A DNA stretch of 64,000 nucleotides from the NCBI GenBank assembly GCA_963772365.1, contig CAVYXA010000004.1, positions 96,001 to 160,000 on the forward strand, in the 5' to 3' direction. How positions within the stretch are numbered: the first letter of the stretch is position 1; each line of letters opens with the position of its first letter. Of this stretch, positions 1 through 9,323 are shown one piece after another. The position numbers and the translations under genes were made by a program. A model generated the notes under the pieces. It was not told where the DNA came from, did not search any database, and worked only from the letters and a program-made list of their open reading frames with translations. Source of the stretch: an uncultured Verrucomicrobiae bacterium (GTDB lineage Bacteria > Verrucomicrobiota > Verrucomicrobiia > Chthoniobacterales > UBA10450).

Positions 1-749
1 TCGTCGGCGGAAAGATATTCTCGATAACCACCGATCTTGCCACGCCGGACTTTGAAGGATTCCGGATCAAGCACATCGCCAGCGCGGAGAATCTTGGAAT
101 CGAACGCGCCCGCCGCCTCCATTTTTTGCATATTTTCGAACCGGGAAAACTCGATAGTCTGCTGCAAGATCGACATATCGGGTGTCGCCTCGCCCAGGAG
201 CCCGAGTAACGTCCGAAAGTGTTCGACTGGTGCGGCGCGCAGTGATTCATATCGCAACAGGCTAAAATCCGGTCGGCCGGAAAATTCGCGCATCCATTCG
301 TTCATCGTTCTCACCATCGCCCGAATACCGAAGCGTCGATCACGTAGAACTTCACTGATTGAGCGGGCTCTTAGTCTTTCCGCTGTCGCGGGGTCACGAC
401 GCGTCATCTGGAGATAGAGTGAGACAAAACAATCGCGGGGATCTCGCGCCAGCAAAATAATGCGCGCCTGGCCAAGCTCTTTGGACGGAATCAAATATTT
501 CCCGCGCAGTTTGTCCCATTGGCGTCCTTTTGTTCTATACTCGAATCGATCGTGCGAATAAATGATCCGCGGAATCTTAAGATCGACATATTGCTCGGGC
601 TCGAGAGTAAATTCACGACCATTCCGTTTGCAAAAATACGCGCACAGGAATGTTCGCACCCAGGTCCGTCCGCTTTTGGGAATCGAAATAATGATTGCGT
701 CGCCACCGGAAAGATGACGCGCACGGCTGCTTAAGTTTCTCCGGATCAT
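1..749 (-). CDS. Sulfotransferase domain protein (3' end runs off the window)
   Basis: Not in the ORF track. Manual translation from ATG 749 gives MIRRNLSSRARHLSGGDAIIISIPKSGRTW (5'-PSB loop), LARDPRDCFVSLY (3'-PB motif) and KVRRGKIGGY. ATGA overlap with the upstream CLC stop. Confidence 0.85.
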   Translation of the reverse strand, partial: MIRRNLSSRARHLSGGDAIIISIPKSGRTWVRTFLCAYFCKRNGREFTLEPEQYVDLKIPRIIYSHDRFEYRTKGRQWDKLRGKYLIPSKELGQARIILLARDPRDCFVSLYLQMTRRDPATAERLRARSISEVLRDRRFGIRAMVRTMNEWMREFSGRPDFSLLRYESLRAAPVEHFRTLLGLLGEATPDMSILQQTIEFSRFENMQKMEAAGAFDSKILRAGDVLDPESFKVRRGKIGGYREYLSAD

Positions 750-2470
750 TGAGGACCGCCCTCGCGCTCGGCAACGGCAAGTTGGGCCCGGAGCAGATCG
801 TGCAAGGTCACAATGCCAATCAATTTGTTCCCCGAATGATCGGTGATGGCGAGTGTGCCAGTGGTGGATTGAATCAGGCGCGTTTGCGATTGGCGAATCG
901 ATTCACCCGGCCGGCAAGTCACAGCCTGTTCCAGTTTTGGTTGTCGATGCTCCGCCAGGGCCGCTGTGATCTCCGTGCGGGTGGCGACACCTTTGACCTG
1001 GCCATTTTCGATGACTGGAAAATGTCGATAGGGATAGTGTTCGATCAATTCCGCCAACGTTTGCTCCGAGAGATCGTTCGCCGCCACCGGCTTGAAATTT
1101 GCCAGCGCGGAGATCGGAAGATTTTGCCACGAGCGCAAGTCGCGCGGTGGAATCAGATGGTCGAGGTCGTGTCCATCCTGGCAAAGAACCTGGTCGTAGA
1201 AGTTCGTGCGATTGATCGCACGGGCAATCACTTGGCTGATTAAGCCGGCCAACATCAGCCCTGGAACCAGCGCGAACTGGTGGGTCATTTCAAAGATGAT
1301 CAGGATCGCCGTGACCGGCGCTTGCACCACGGCGCCGAGGCAAGCGCTCATTCCACCAACCGCGAGCAGAACTGAATCGCTTTCATTCAGCTGGAGAAAA
1401 TGTCCGCCCAATCCCGCAACGACAACGCCGCACATTCCGCCGAGGAAAAGATTGGGTGAAAATATTCCACCGCATCCTCCGAATCCGTAACAGGCAATCG
1501 TGGCGACGAGTTTGCCCGCCAATAAAGCTGCTGCGAGTTGCCAGGTAAAATCTCGATTGAGCGCCGAGGATAAATCTTCATAGCCCAAGGCGAATACGCC
1601 GAGATGCGCCGTCGCGAAAAATACCCCCACGCCCACAGACCAGGTAATCAATCCGCCTCCCAGTGGATGCAACCAGCGTGGAATGGCGCGGACTTTTTTC
1701 ATCCCGGCGCGCAACGCGAGCGAGCCGCGCTGGAAGATTACGCCGAGCAAAGCTGATGCTCCGGCAGCGATCGGCATGAGAACGTAGGAGCGCCAGCTTG
1801 GTTCGCCGATGTGCGGCAAAATAAATGCCGGCTGCGGCCCGATAAACGCGTGAACAACGAACGCGCCGATGACTGCGGCCAACAGAACCGGCCCCAGCGA
1901 ACGACTGTTCAAATCGCCAATGATCTCCTCGAGCACGAACGCTACCGATGCCAGGGGGGCGTTGAACGCCGCCGCCAAACCCGCAGCTGCTCCGGCCGCG
2001 CTCGCTGCGCGCCTGTTTTGTTTCGTCACCCCAAACCAGCCGGCGATTGTCGATGATAAATTGCTCCCGATCTGCACCGTTGGTCCTTCGCGACCCAGTG
2101 CTTGACCGCCACCGATGCAGACAGCACCGGCAATAAATTTTACGAGCGCGATCCGACTCGGCGCGTGCCCGAATTCCTTCCAGAAATTCAACTTTACCTG
2201 CGGAATTCCGCTGCCAGCCGCTTCCGGAGCGAAGGAGTTCAGAAGCCAACCTGTGAGCAGCGACCCAGCGACGATTGCGACCAGGCTAATCCATAGAAAG
2301 CGGGACGTGTTCATCGCCGCGGGAGCTACGAATGCGCGCCCGTAGATCCAGTTGATCGCTAATTGAAATCCAACCGCAGCGATGCTCGCCGCCAAAGCAT
2401 AAATACAAGTCCCGAGAATCGGGCGCGCCTTGTCGTGCACCCGATGAAACTCGGTCGCCAAGGATCTCAC
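746..2470 (-). CDS. CLC chloride channel/H+-Cl- antiporter with C-terminal CBS-like domain
   Basis: GSGIP, GREGP, FVLEEI, GGIFSP motifs; multiple TM helices. Confidence 0.93.
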   Translation of the reverse strand: MRSLATEFHRVHDKARPILGTCIYALAASIAAVGFQLAINWIYGRAFVAPAAMNTSRFLWISLVAIVAGSLLTGWLLNSFAPEAAGSGIPQVKLNFWKEFGHAPSRIALVKFIAGAVCIGGGQALGREGPTVQIGSNLSSTIAGWFGVTKQNRRAASAAGAAAGLAAAFNAPLASVAFVLEEIIGDLNSRSLGPVLLAAVIGAFVVHAFIGPQPAFILPHIGEPSWRSYVLMPIAAGASALLGVIFQRGSLALRAGMKKVRAIPRWLHPLGGGLITWSVGVGVFFATAHLGVFALGYEDLSSALNRDFTWQLAAALLAGKLVATIACYGFGGCGGIFSPNLFLGGMCGVVVAGLGGHFLQLNESDSVLLAVGGMSACLGAVVQAPVTAILIIFEMTHQFALVPGLMLAGLISQVIARAINRTNFYDQVLCQDGHDLDHLIPPRDLRSWQNLPISALANFKPVAANDLSEQTLAELIEHYPYRHFPVIENGQVKGVATRTEITAALAEHRQPKLEQAVTCRPGESIRQSQTRLIQSTTGTLAITDHSGNKLIGIVTLHDLLRAQLAVAEREGGPQ

Positions 2471-2494
2471 GCCCCGATCATAGCGTGTTAATCG

Positions 2495-4297
2495 CTACTC
2501 AGCGAACAAGCCGATTCCTTCCGCCATCGAGTGGGCGATTCGTTCCTTGGAAATCCAGCCGCGGATTTCGCTCCCCGAGTTCACGGCCAAATTGCCGGAA
2601 ACTAAAAAAACGTCGGTCCGGTTCGTATGCATTCGGGTCACGATTTCGAACAGCGTCGTGTTTTCACCGATCACGTCGTAATTCAAGTTCGCGGCGTCGC
2701 CCACAGTTTCCGTTTCCGGGCGGCGTCGCATTGCTCGATACGCCATCTCTTCGGTCAAGACCCCTTTAATTTGGCCATCACGTTCGATCACGAACAAGGG
2801 CGGTGTTGCACCCGGTTCCGGCATTTTCTTTCTTAATTCTTCCAAAGTGACTCCAGCTGGCAACAGCGTCATATTTTCGTTCTTCAAATCGCGCGCCAAC
2901 CGCATGTGTTGAAGATTGGTCTGGAGCGCGTCGGGCATATAATGGCCGCGGCGGGCGAGCTTCAGGGTGTAAATGCTTTCTTTGAGCAGCACCTTTCGCA
3001 CTCCGTAACTGATCGCCACCGTAATCGTCATCGGCACGATCACGCCATAATCCCGCGTCATTTCGAAGATCATGACGATCGATGTAATCGCAGCGCTGGT
3101 TGCGCCACCCACCATTCCGGCCATGCCCGCCACGGCAAACGCCGGCGGACTGATGGGCAAGGCCGGAAACAAAACGCCTAACACGCTTCCGTAGGTCGCA
3201 CCCAGAGTTGCTCCCAAATACAAAGAGGGAGAAAAAATCCCGCCGGATCCACCGGAACCGAGAGTCAACGATGTCGCCATCAGTTTAAGCACAAATAACA
3301 GAGCCAACGGTCCCGCGGTCGCTAACACTCCGGACAAAATATCCTGCACTGTCGAGTAACCGATCCCCTGGATGTAATAATGCCCCCATCCCCGCATCAT
3401 CAGATACATCATCACGCCGACGAGCAACATCCCCAGCGTGTGTCGCACGTAGTAATTACCTCGAATCTTTTTCTCAAACAAATCCTCGAAGACATAGATC
3501 GATCGAATGAACAAGGCGGCCGCGCCACCGGCCAGGACTGCGAGCCCGACATAGGAGAGAAGCACCACCGGATTGGTCGCATGATAAAACGACTCGCGAA
3601 ATTCCGGGATGACGAATGACGGATTCGCGCCGAAGAACAACCGACCGATATACGTGGCGGTCGCCGTTGAAATTGCCACGGGCACAAGTGTCCAGACGCT
3701 CACTTCGTGCAACATGATCTCGGCCGCGAACAAAATGCCCCCGATGGGTGTATTGAAGGTTGCCGCGATCCCGCCGCCGGCGCCGGCTGCGATCAAAGTC
3801 ACGCGTTGCCAGGCTGGAATCCGCAGCCATTGACCAAATGTCGATCCGAACGCGGACGCGATCTGGATGATCGGGCCTTCCCGTCCCACCGAGCCACCGC
3901 TGCCGATGGAAAGAGCTGAGGCCATCGCTTTCACGAAAGCAACGACAGGACGAATCAAGCCCTTATTGTAATAAATTGCGTCCATCACTTCGGGGACGCC
4001 GTGGCCCTTTGCTTCGGGCGCAAATGTCTTGACCAGAAACGCCACGCCCAAACCGCCAATCACCGGAGCGAGAATGATCCAGGGACCCCATGGCCCGGCG
4101 GGAGTGTGCGCATTGGCGTCGTAGAAGATCGACAATCGGCCAAGGAAAAAAAGATTGTGGAAAAACGCGATCAGCCCGCGAAAAGCGGCTGCGCCCAAAC
4201 CTGAAACGATCCCGACTATGACTGATAATCCCCAGAGCGAAAATGGACCGATCGGGCGGCTGCGTTTTATCTGTTTATTACTGTCGGGTTCCGCCAT
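2495..4297 (-). CDS. CLC family chloride channel protein with CBS domains
   Basis: GHGVP, GREGP, GGIFSP, SIYTLKL motifs. Confidence 0.93.
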   Translation of the reverse strand: MAEPDSNKQIKRSRPIGPFSLWGLSVIVGIVSGLGAAAFRGLIAFFHNLFFLGRLSIFYDANAHTPAGPWGPWIILAPVIGGLGVAFLVKTFAPEAKGHGVPEVMDAIYYNKGLIRPVVAFVKAMASALSIGSGGSVGREGPIIQIASAFGSTFGQWLRIPAWQRVTLIAAGAGGGIAATFNTPIGGILFAAEIMLHEVSVWTLVPVAISTATATYIGRLFFGANPSFVIPEFRESFYHATNPVVLLSYVGLAVLAGGAAALFIRSIYVFEDLFEKKIRGNYYVRHTLGMLLVGVMMYLMMRGWGHYYIQGIGYSTVQDILSGVLATAGPLALLFVLKLMATSLTLGSGGSGGIFSPSLYLGATLGATYGSVLGVLFPALPISPPAFAVAGMAGMVGGATSAAITSIVMIFEMTRDYGVIVPMTITVAISYGVRKVLLKESIYTLKLARRGHYMPDALQTNLQHMRLARDLKNENMTLLPAGVTLEELRKKMPEPGATPPLFVIERDGQIKGVLTEEMAYRAMRRRPETETVGDAANLNYDVIGENTTLFEIVTRMHTNRTDVFLVSGNLAVNSGSEIRGWISKERIAHSMAEGIGLFAE

Positions 4298-4418
4298 GGA
4301 CGATACATTTGGATTTTTCGAATCGACTCCTCATGGCGGACGTTCGATTCGCCCGGAGGCATTAAGAATAGGCAGGCAAACCCGACTTAAAGCAAGCCTA
4401 TCAAGGAGACAACGGATT

Positions 4419-6101
4419 CTATCTTTCGGCCAATTTCCCCGGGCCCCACAATGCCCTTCCCGGTTTTGCGCCAGTGTGCTCGCCGTCCTTGATCACCTGG
4501 ACGCCGTTCACGAAAACGTGCTTCACGCCGATTGCGTATTGCTGTGGTTTCTCATAGGTAGCGCGATCGGCGATCGTCGCCGGATCGAACACGACGACGT
4601 CGGCAAACATTCCTTCCTTCAGGAACCCGCGATGATCGAGTCCAAGGTTTGTCGCCGGCAGACCGCTCAACTTATGAATCGCCTCCGGCATCGGGAGCAC
4701 TTTTTCGTCGCGGACATATTTGCCCAGAACACGCACAAAATTTCCGTAAGCACGCGGATGCGGATGAGACTTGAGAAAAACGCCTTCCGGCGCCTGGGAA
4801 GATTCATCGGAACCAAAGGAAATCCATGGCTTGGCAATTTTCTTCTTCACGTTCTCTGCCGACATTACGAAATAGATTGTGTCGATCCGCGATTCATCTT
4901 CGGCGATCAGGTCCATGATCGTTTCGATCGGATCTTTTCCGCGCATTTTTGCCACTTCGGCAAGCGTTTTGCCGGTGAGCGGTTTCAGTTTCTCGGTTTT
5001 GAACCCGACCAGCAGAATCTTATCAGGCGAACCAGCGGCCAGATAAAGGTTTTCCCATTTGTCGCTGTCGATCTTCACCTCGGCGGCAATCTTTTTTCGC
5101 GTCGCCGGATCGCGCAACCGTTTGAACAGCGCGGGATAGCCTCCATCCTGCGTCCACGGCGGAAGACATGCATCTAATCCTGTCGCCGCGGCCGTGTAGG
5201 TGTACATGTCGGCGGTAATTTTTAATCCCTCTTTTTGCGCGGCTTCGATTCGCGCCAGAAAGGGCTCCAACTTGGGCCAATTCTTTTCGCCGGCTGCTTT
5301 AATGTGATAAATCTCGGCTGGAATGTGGGCCTCTCGCGCGATCCGGATCAGTTCGTCCGTCGCTTCGAACAGCTGATTTCCTTCACTGCGCATGTGAGAG
5401 ATGTATTTGCCCTTGTACTTCGCAGCGACTTTGCAAAGCTCGATCAGTTCACCGGTCTTGGCATAAAACGCCGGCGGATAAATCAATGAGCTGCCGATAC
5501 CGAGCGCGCCATCTTCCATGGCCCGGCGCACAATCTCGCGCATCTCATCGAGTTGTTTCGGTGTCGGCTGTTTGTCTTCGAGGCCGATGACATACTCGCG
5601 AACCGTAGTGGCGCCGAGAAATGACGCGACATTGCAGGAAATTCCGTGCTGCTCGAGATAGCGCAGATATTCCGCCAGCGCGTTCCATTTGATGTCGAAC
5701 TTGATGTCCTTCTGCTCGTCGAGCATTCGCTTTTTCATCCGGTCATTGAGCGGACCCATCGACCAGCCTTCGCCCATGATCTCGGTCGTGACACCCTGCC
5801 GGATCTCGCTCTCCGAGCGACCGTCTTGAATCAAAGATTCGTTAGACCAGGAGAGCATGTTGATGAAGCCCGGCGCAACGGCAAGCCCGGCAGCATCGAC
5901 AATCGTTTGCGCTTTCGCGGCCTTGAAATCGCCTAGACCGGCGATGCGGTCGCCGCGAATGGCAACATCGACATGTTGAGCCGGTCCGCCGGTGCCGTCA
6001 TAAACGGTTCCATTTTTAATGATCACATCGAAATCGCCTTGCTCCTCCGCAAGTGCGATGGAGCTCACAAGCAAAACTGCACTGCAAAAAAATGTTCTCA
6101 C
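4419..6101 (-). CDS. N-acyl-D-amino-acid deacylase (D-aminoacylase family amidohydrolase), signal peptide
   Basis: IIKNGTVYDGTG, APGFIN, HPHPRAYGNF, GMFADVVVFDP; likely GTG start at 6101 overlapping the upstream stop (GTGA). Confidence 0.88.
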   Translation of the reverse strand: MRTFFCSAVLLVSSIALAEEQGDFDVIIKNGTVYDGTGGPAQHVDVAIRGDRIAGLGDFKAAKAQTIVDAAGLAVAPGFINMLSWSNESLIQDGRSESEIRQGVTTEIMGEGWSMGPLNDRMKKRMLDEQKDIKFDIKWNALAEYLRYLEQHGISCNVASFLGATTVREYVIGLEDKQPTPKQLDEMREIVRRAMEDGALGIGSSLIYPPAFYAKTGELIELCKVAAKYKGKYISHMRSEGNQLFEATDELIRIAREAHIPAEIYHIKAAGEKNWPKLEPFLARIEAAQKEGLKITADMYTYTAAATGLDACLPPWTQDGGYPALFKRLRDPATRKKIAAEVKIDSDKWENLYLAAGSPDKILLVGFKTEKLKPLTGKTLAEVAKMRGKDPIETIMDLIAEDESRIDTIYFVMSAENVKKKIAKPWISFGSDESSQAPEGVFLKSHPHPRAYGNFVRVLGKYVRDEKVLPMPEAIHKLSGLPATNLGLDHRGFLKEGMFADVVVFDPATIADRATYEKPQQYAIGVKHVFVNGVQVIKDGEHTGAKPGRALWGPGKLAER

Positions 6102-7372
6102 TTTACAAACTCCGGATGGCCGGCTCTCCAAGGATCGTATTTTTTCGCAAATAGAATCCGTTTGTCCAGCGGCGGATGATTGTAAAGCCAAAGTTCAATG
6201 AATCGCGAGGGCCTCGGATCGCTCAGGTTCACTTCGCCCAGGACCTGAAATGCTTGCGCCGCGGCGGCTGTCGAGTGCGGCACGATTCCGTGGATCACTT
6301 CCAGGCCGTAAATGTCGGCCTGATGTTCGTAATGACGCGACATGGCATTGATCAACGGCTCGGCCAGAAAGCTGAGACCAGTCAGGAACAACAAGAAGAC
6401 TGGAAGCGACGCCCAATCATCGATCCCGCGAATGTCCCAACGCGCACCGGATTTTCTCAGAAGCCAGTTTGCGCCGCGAGCGCCGACGTAGAGAAACACG
6501 AGCATCAGCGCGCAGAGAAACAGGATGAGTTTGGGAATGTGCCCGAGGACGTAGTGGCCCATTTCATGGCCAAAGACGAACAGGGTCTGGTCGTTGTTAA
6601 GGCGCTTCATGGTCGTGTCCCACACCACCACGCGTTTCGATGCGCCGACGCCGCTGACGTAAGCGTTGACGGAATTCATTTTCTCGCTGGCGTTCATCTC
6701 GAACATCCGCTGTTCGGGGATCGTTAGGCCGGCGCGGCGGACAATTCTGGAAATCTGCGCCACCAATTCCGGATGCTTCTTCGCCAGCGGCTCGAACTTG
6801 AAAAACAGTGGCTCGATTACGAGCGGCGAAATAAACATGAGGAAGACCACAATCGGGATGCTCACCAGCCAAAAATAAAACCACCACCACCGCGGGCTTC
6901 GTCGAATCATACCATACAGAATCCAGAGAAGCACGGCGCCCAGCGCAGTCGTGAGAAGTTGACCTTTGGTCCAATCCCAACTCCACGAAGCCCAATCCTG
7001 AATGGATTGATCGTATTTGCGCGACAACCATTGGCGATAAATCTCGACCGGTAGAGAGAACAATCCGAGCGTGAAGAGAATTAGCGCACCAAAAATCCAG
7101 GCCTGAACAAAGCGCTTATGGGAAACGCGTTCGGCCCAGTCGCGGTATTTCGGCGCGACCCGCGCGGAGAGCAATCCCATGAGAACAAGTATTCCATAGG
7201 CGACCTCGGCAAAGTGAAGCCGGTATTTCGTGCGCGAAAATGCAACCGCCTTCTCGTATTTTTCAGGCGAAAGATGAAAGCCATTCGGCCGCCGGCTTTC
7301 CTGATTTCCTGTCTGCGCCCCGGCCATTCGCGTCAAAGCGCACAGAAACAGCGTTGCAATTATGATCGGCAT
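6098..7372 (-). CDS. M48 (Ste24-like) membrane zinc metallopeptidase
   Basis: HEMGH zincin motif, NAYVSG, EHQAD, HPPLDKRI. Confidence 0.92.
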   Translation of the reverse strand: MPIIIATLFLCALTRMAGAQTGNQESRRPNGFHLSPEKYEKAVAFSRTKYRLHFAEVAYGILVLMGLLSARVAPKYRDWAERVSHKRFVQAWIFGALILFTLGLFSLPVEIYRQWLSRKYDQSIQDWASWSWDWTKGQLLTTALGAVLLWILYGMIRRSPRWWWFYFWLVSIPIVVFLMFISPLVIEPLFFKFEPLAKKHPELVAQISRIVRRAGLTIPEQRMFEMNASEKMNSVNAYVSGVGASKRVVVWDTTMKRLNNDQTLFVFGHEMGHYVLGHIPKLILFLCALMLVFLYVGARGANWLLRKSGARWDIRGIDDWASLPVFLLFLTGLSFLAEPLINAMSRHYEHQADIYGLEVIHGIVPHSTAAAAQAFQVLGEVNLSDPRPSRFIELWLYNHPPLDKRILFAKKYDPWRAGHPEFVK

Positions 7373-7376
7373 CGAT

Positions 7377-8450
7377 TCAGTGTGCGGTTTCTTTCAGCAG
7401 CTGTGTCAGCCGATCTTTCCACAACGCCGCGATGGTGTGGCTGCCATGACCATGCGTTTTATCGCTGAATGGAATTACAACGGCCCGCCCGTGCGGAACG
7501 CGTTTGATTTCGTGTTCGAGAATTCCAAGCTCTGGCGGATTTATTAAATCATCGGCCGAATTGACCGCCAGCAGGGGCGCCTGGATTTTGTCGAGGTTCG
7601 GGCCCGGATCGTAATCGTGGGAAGCTTCAACTGCGTAAAGCACGTCGGTCGCGTCGTCGATCTTGATAATTTTTTCGACAAACTCGTCGAGCACCGCATC
7701 CGTTTTCGCCAGAGTCGGCGCTTCTTTTTGACGAAGGACCGGGTTGCTGCTCATGAACCAAAGCATCTCGGCAGCGGTGCGCAGGCTTGGCGGTTCCCTT
7801 TTGTAATCGCCGTTATTCCAAGCCGGATCGTTTCGAATGGCGTCAATAACGATCCGGCGCCACGCCCGGTTTCGTCCGGAAATTTGGGTCGGCAGGCTGG
7901 CCAGCGGCAAGAGTGCATCCATGAACTCGGGATGAATTTCTCCCCACAGCCACGTGTGCATTCCGCCCATCGACGTTCCCATGATGAGACGTGCATGGTT
8001 CACTCCTAATCCGTCCGTCAACAATCGATACTGCGCTTCGACCATGTCGATGTAGCCATAGCGCGGGAACTTGGCGTGCAATCCATCGCTCGGTTTGCTC
8101 GATTTGCCGTGGCCGATTCCATCCGGGACCACGATAAAGTACTTGGTCGCATCGAGCGGCTGATCTTTCCCGAAGAGTTCGCCGGCAAACTCGGGTCGAA
8201 TGAATTGCGCACCACTGCCGGTCGTGCCGTGCAGGATCAAGACGGCGTTCGTCGTTTGGCCTGCCGCATTCTTTTCCGGTTTGCCAACAGTTCGGTAATG
8301 AATCCTCAGTTCCGGCAGCGTTTCGCCGGAGGTAAATTTGAAATCGCGAACGATGTAATCCCCTTCGGTCGGGGTCGGGTAATTTGATGCGCGCGATATT
8401 TCGACACCGATAAACAAGAGCAACGCAAGCAGCCGTACCATCGACATCAT
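7377..8450 (-). CDS. Alpha/beta hydrolase, homoserine O-acetyltransferase-like, with apparent signal peptide
   Basis: GTSMGGM nucleophile elbow, HGTTGSG, GHGSH. Confidence 0.85.
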   Translation of the reverse strand: MMSMVRLLALLLFIGVEISRASNYPTPTEGDYIVRDFKFTSGETLPELRIHYRTVGKPEKNAAGQTTNAVLILHGTTGSGAQFIRPEFAGELFGKDQPLDATKYFIVVPDGIGHGKSSKPSDGLHAKFPRYGYIDMVEAQYRLLTDGLGVNHARLIMGTSMGGMHTWLWGEIHPEFMDALLPLASLPTQISGRNRAWRRIVIDAIRNDPAWNNGDYKREPPSLRTAAEMLWFMSSNPVLRQKEAPTLAKTDAVLDEFVEKIIKIDDATDVLYAVEASHDYDPGPNLDKIQAPLLAVNSADDLINPPELGILEHEIKRVPHGRAVVIPFSDKTHGHGSHTIAALWKDRLTQLLKETAH

Positions 8451-9011
8451 TCGGGAATGAGACGATAAGATGCGCCCACTGGCAAGCCGAGTTGCGATCA
8501 AGAGTTATGCCAGGAAAAAAGACAATGCATCGCCGCCGCAGTTTGCGCCCGCAATCGCCGCCCTCGCGCCGGGAAGAAAATATTCAGGTGGGTGGGACCA
8601 AGGTCGGCATGAGAAGCGGAGGCAAGAAATCGGACGAAACCCGGGCGAAACGACGTTCGGCTGGTGTGCGCTGATGATCGGCATAACCGCGGGATGAAAT
8701 AAGACACGAACGCGCAGACGTGAGTGACCAGGGCGACACTTTGCCTAACCGCCCATTGTATGATTTCTCGTGCAAGCAGCGGGCGTGACAGCCGGCCGAG
8801 GGGGGCTTGGGTCTCTAAGCGCGCAGCGTGACGGCAGAGGACTCGTTAGGGAATTAGGGAGCGAGTGTTGCGTTGGCGCGTCGCGTGCCGGGTCTTCTTT
8901 GCCCAAGACGGTGGCCGCGATGCCGTTTCGTTTGATGCAGCGCATCTGCCGCTCGAATCTCTCTTCTCCCAGCGCTCAGGCGTGATCGCCGCCTTGGGCG
9001 ATGACGCCGGC

Positions 9012-9323
9012 TTACGCGTCGATGTGAATAACCTTCTCATCGGCGAGCCGTTTCAGAAAAGGGAGTTCGGAAGAGGCGGCCCAGATGTCCAGCGGGCCAT
9101 CGTGAAAACCGAACAGCTCGTTTCCGCCCTTCTTGAGGCGAAAATCCTGCGTCGCTTTAATCTTGGCGTTTGTGCACCAGGTATCGGTGAGATGCGGAAA
9201 GTCTGCAGAAAGATAATTCCGACCGTCGATTGTTGCGACGGAGTCACCGCCCGTATCCTTGAACAACCGACGAAAAAATTCCGAATAGCGGGTCGTTCTA
9301 ACTGTGAGTAATCGGTTCTTCAT
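9012..9323 (-). CDS. Putative immunity protein for the Rhs toxin (103 aa)
   Basis: ATG overlaps the Rhs stop (TAATG); small ORF directly downstream of the toxin domain; no family recognised. Confidence 0.7.
   Translation of the reverse strand: MKNRLLTVRTTRYSEFFRRLFKDTGGDSVATIDGRNYLSADFPHLTDTWCTNAKIKATQDFRLKKGGNELFGFHDGPLDIWAASSELPFLKRLADEKVIHIDA

Noticed and set aside
37..734. Track ORFs 37..417, 491..724 and 519..734
   Set aside because: Shadows of the sulfotransferase frame
746..4297. Fluoride-specific CLC-F
   Set aside because: Lacks the GNNLI and GREGT signatures; no fluoride riboswitch recognised
4155..5177. 340-aa plus-strand ORF and similar long antisense ORFs
   Set aside because: Antisense shadows of well-supported genes in GC-rich DNA
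8620..8700. Hammerhead-ribozyme-like words (GGACGAAAC, CTGATGA, GAAA)
   Set aside because: Stems I and II cannot be paired in any permutation I tried
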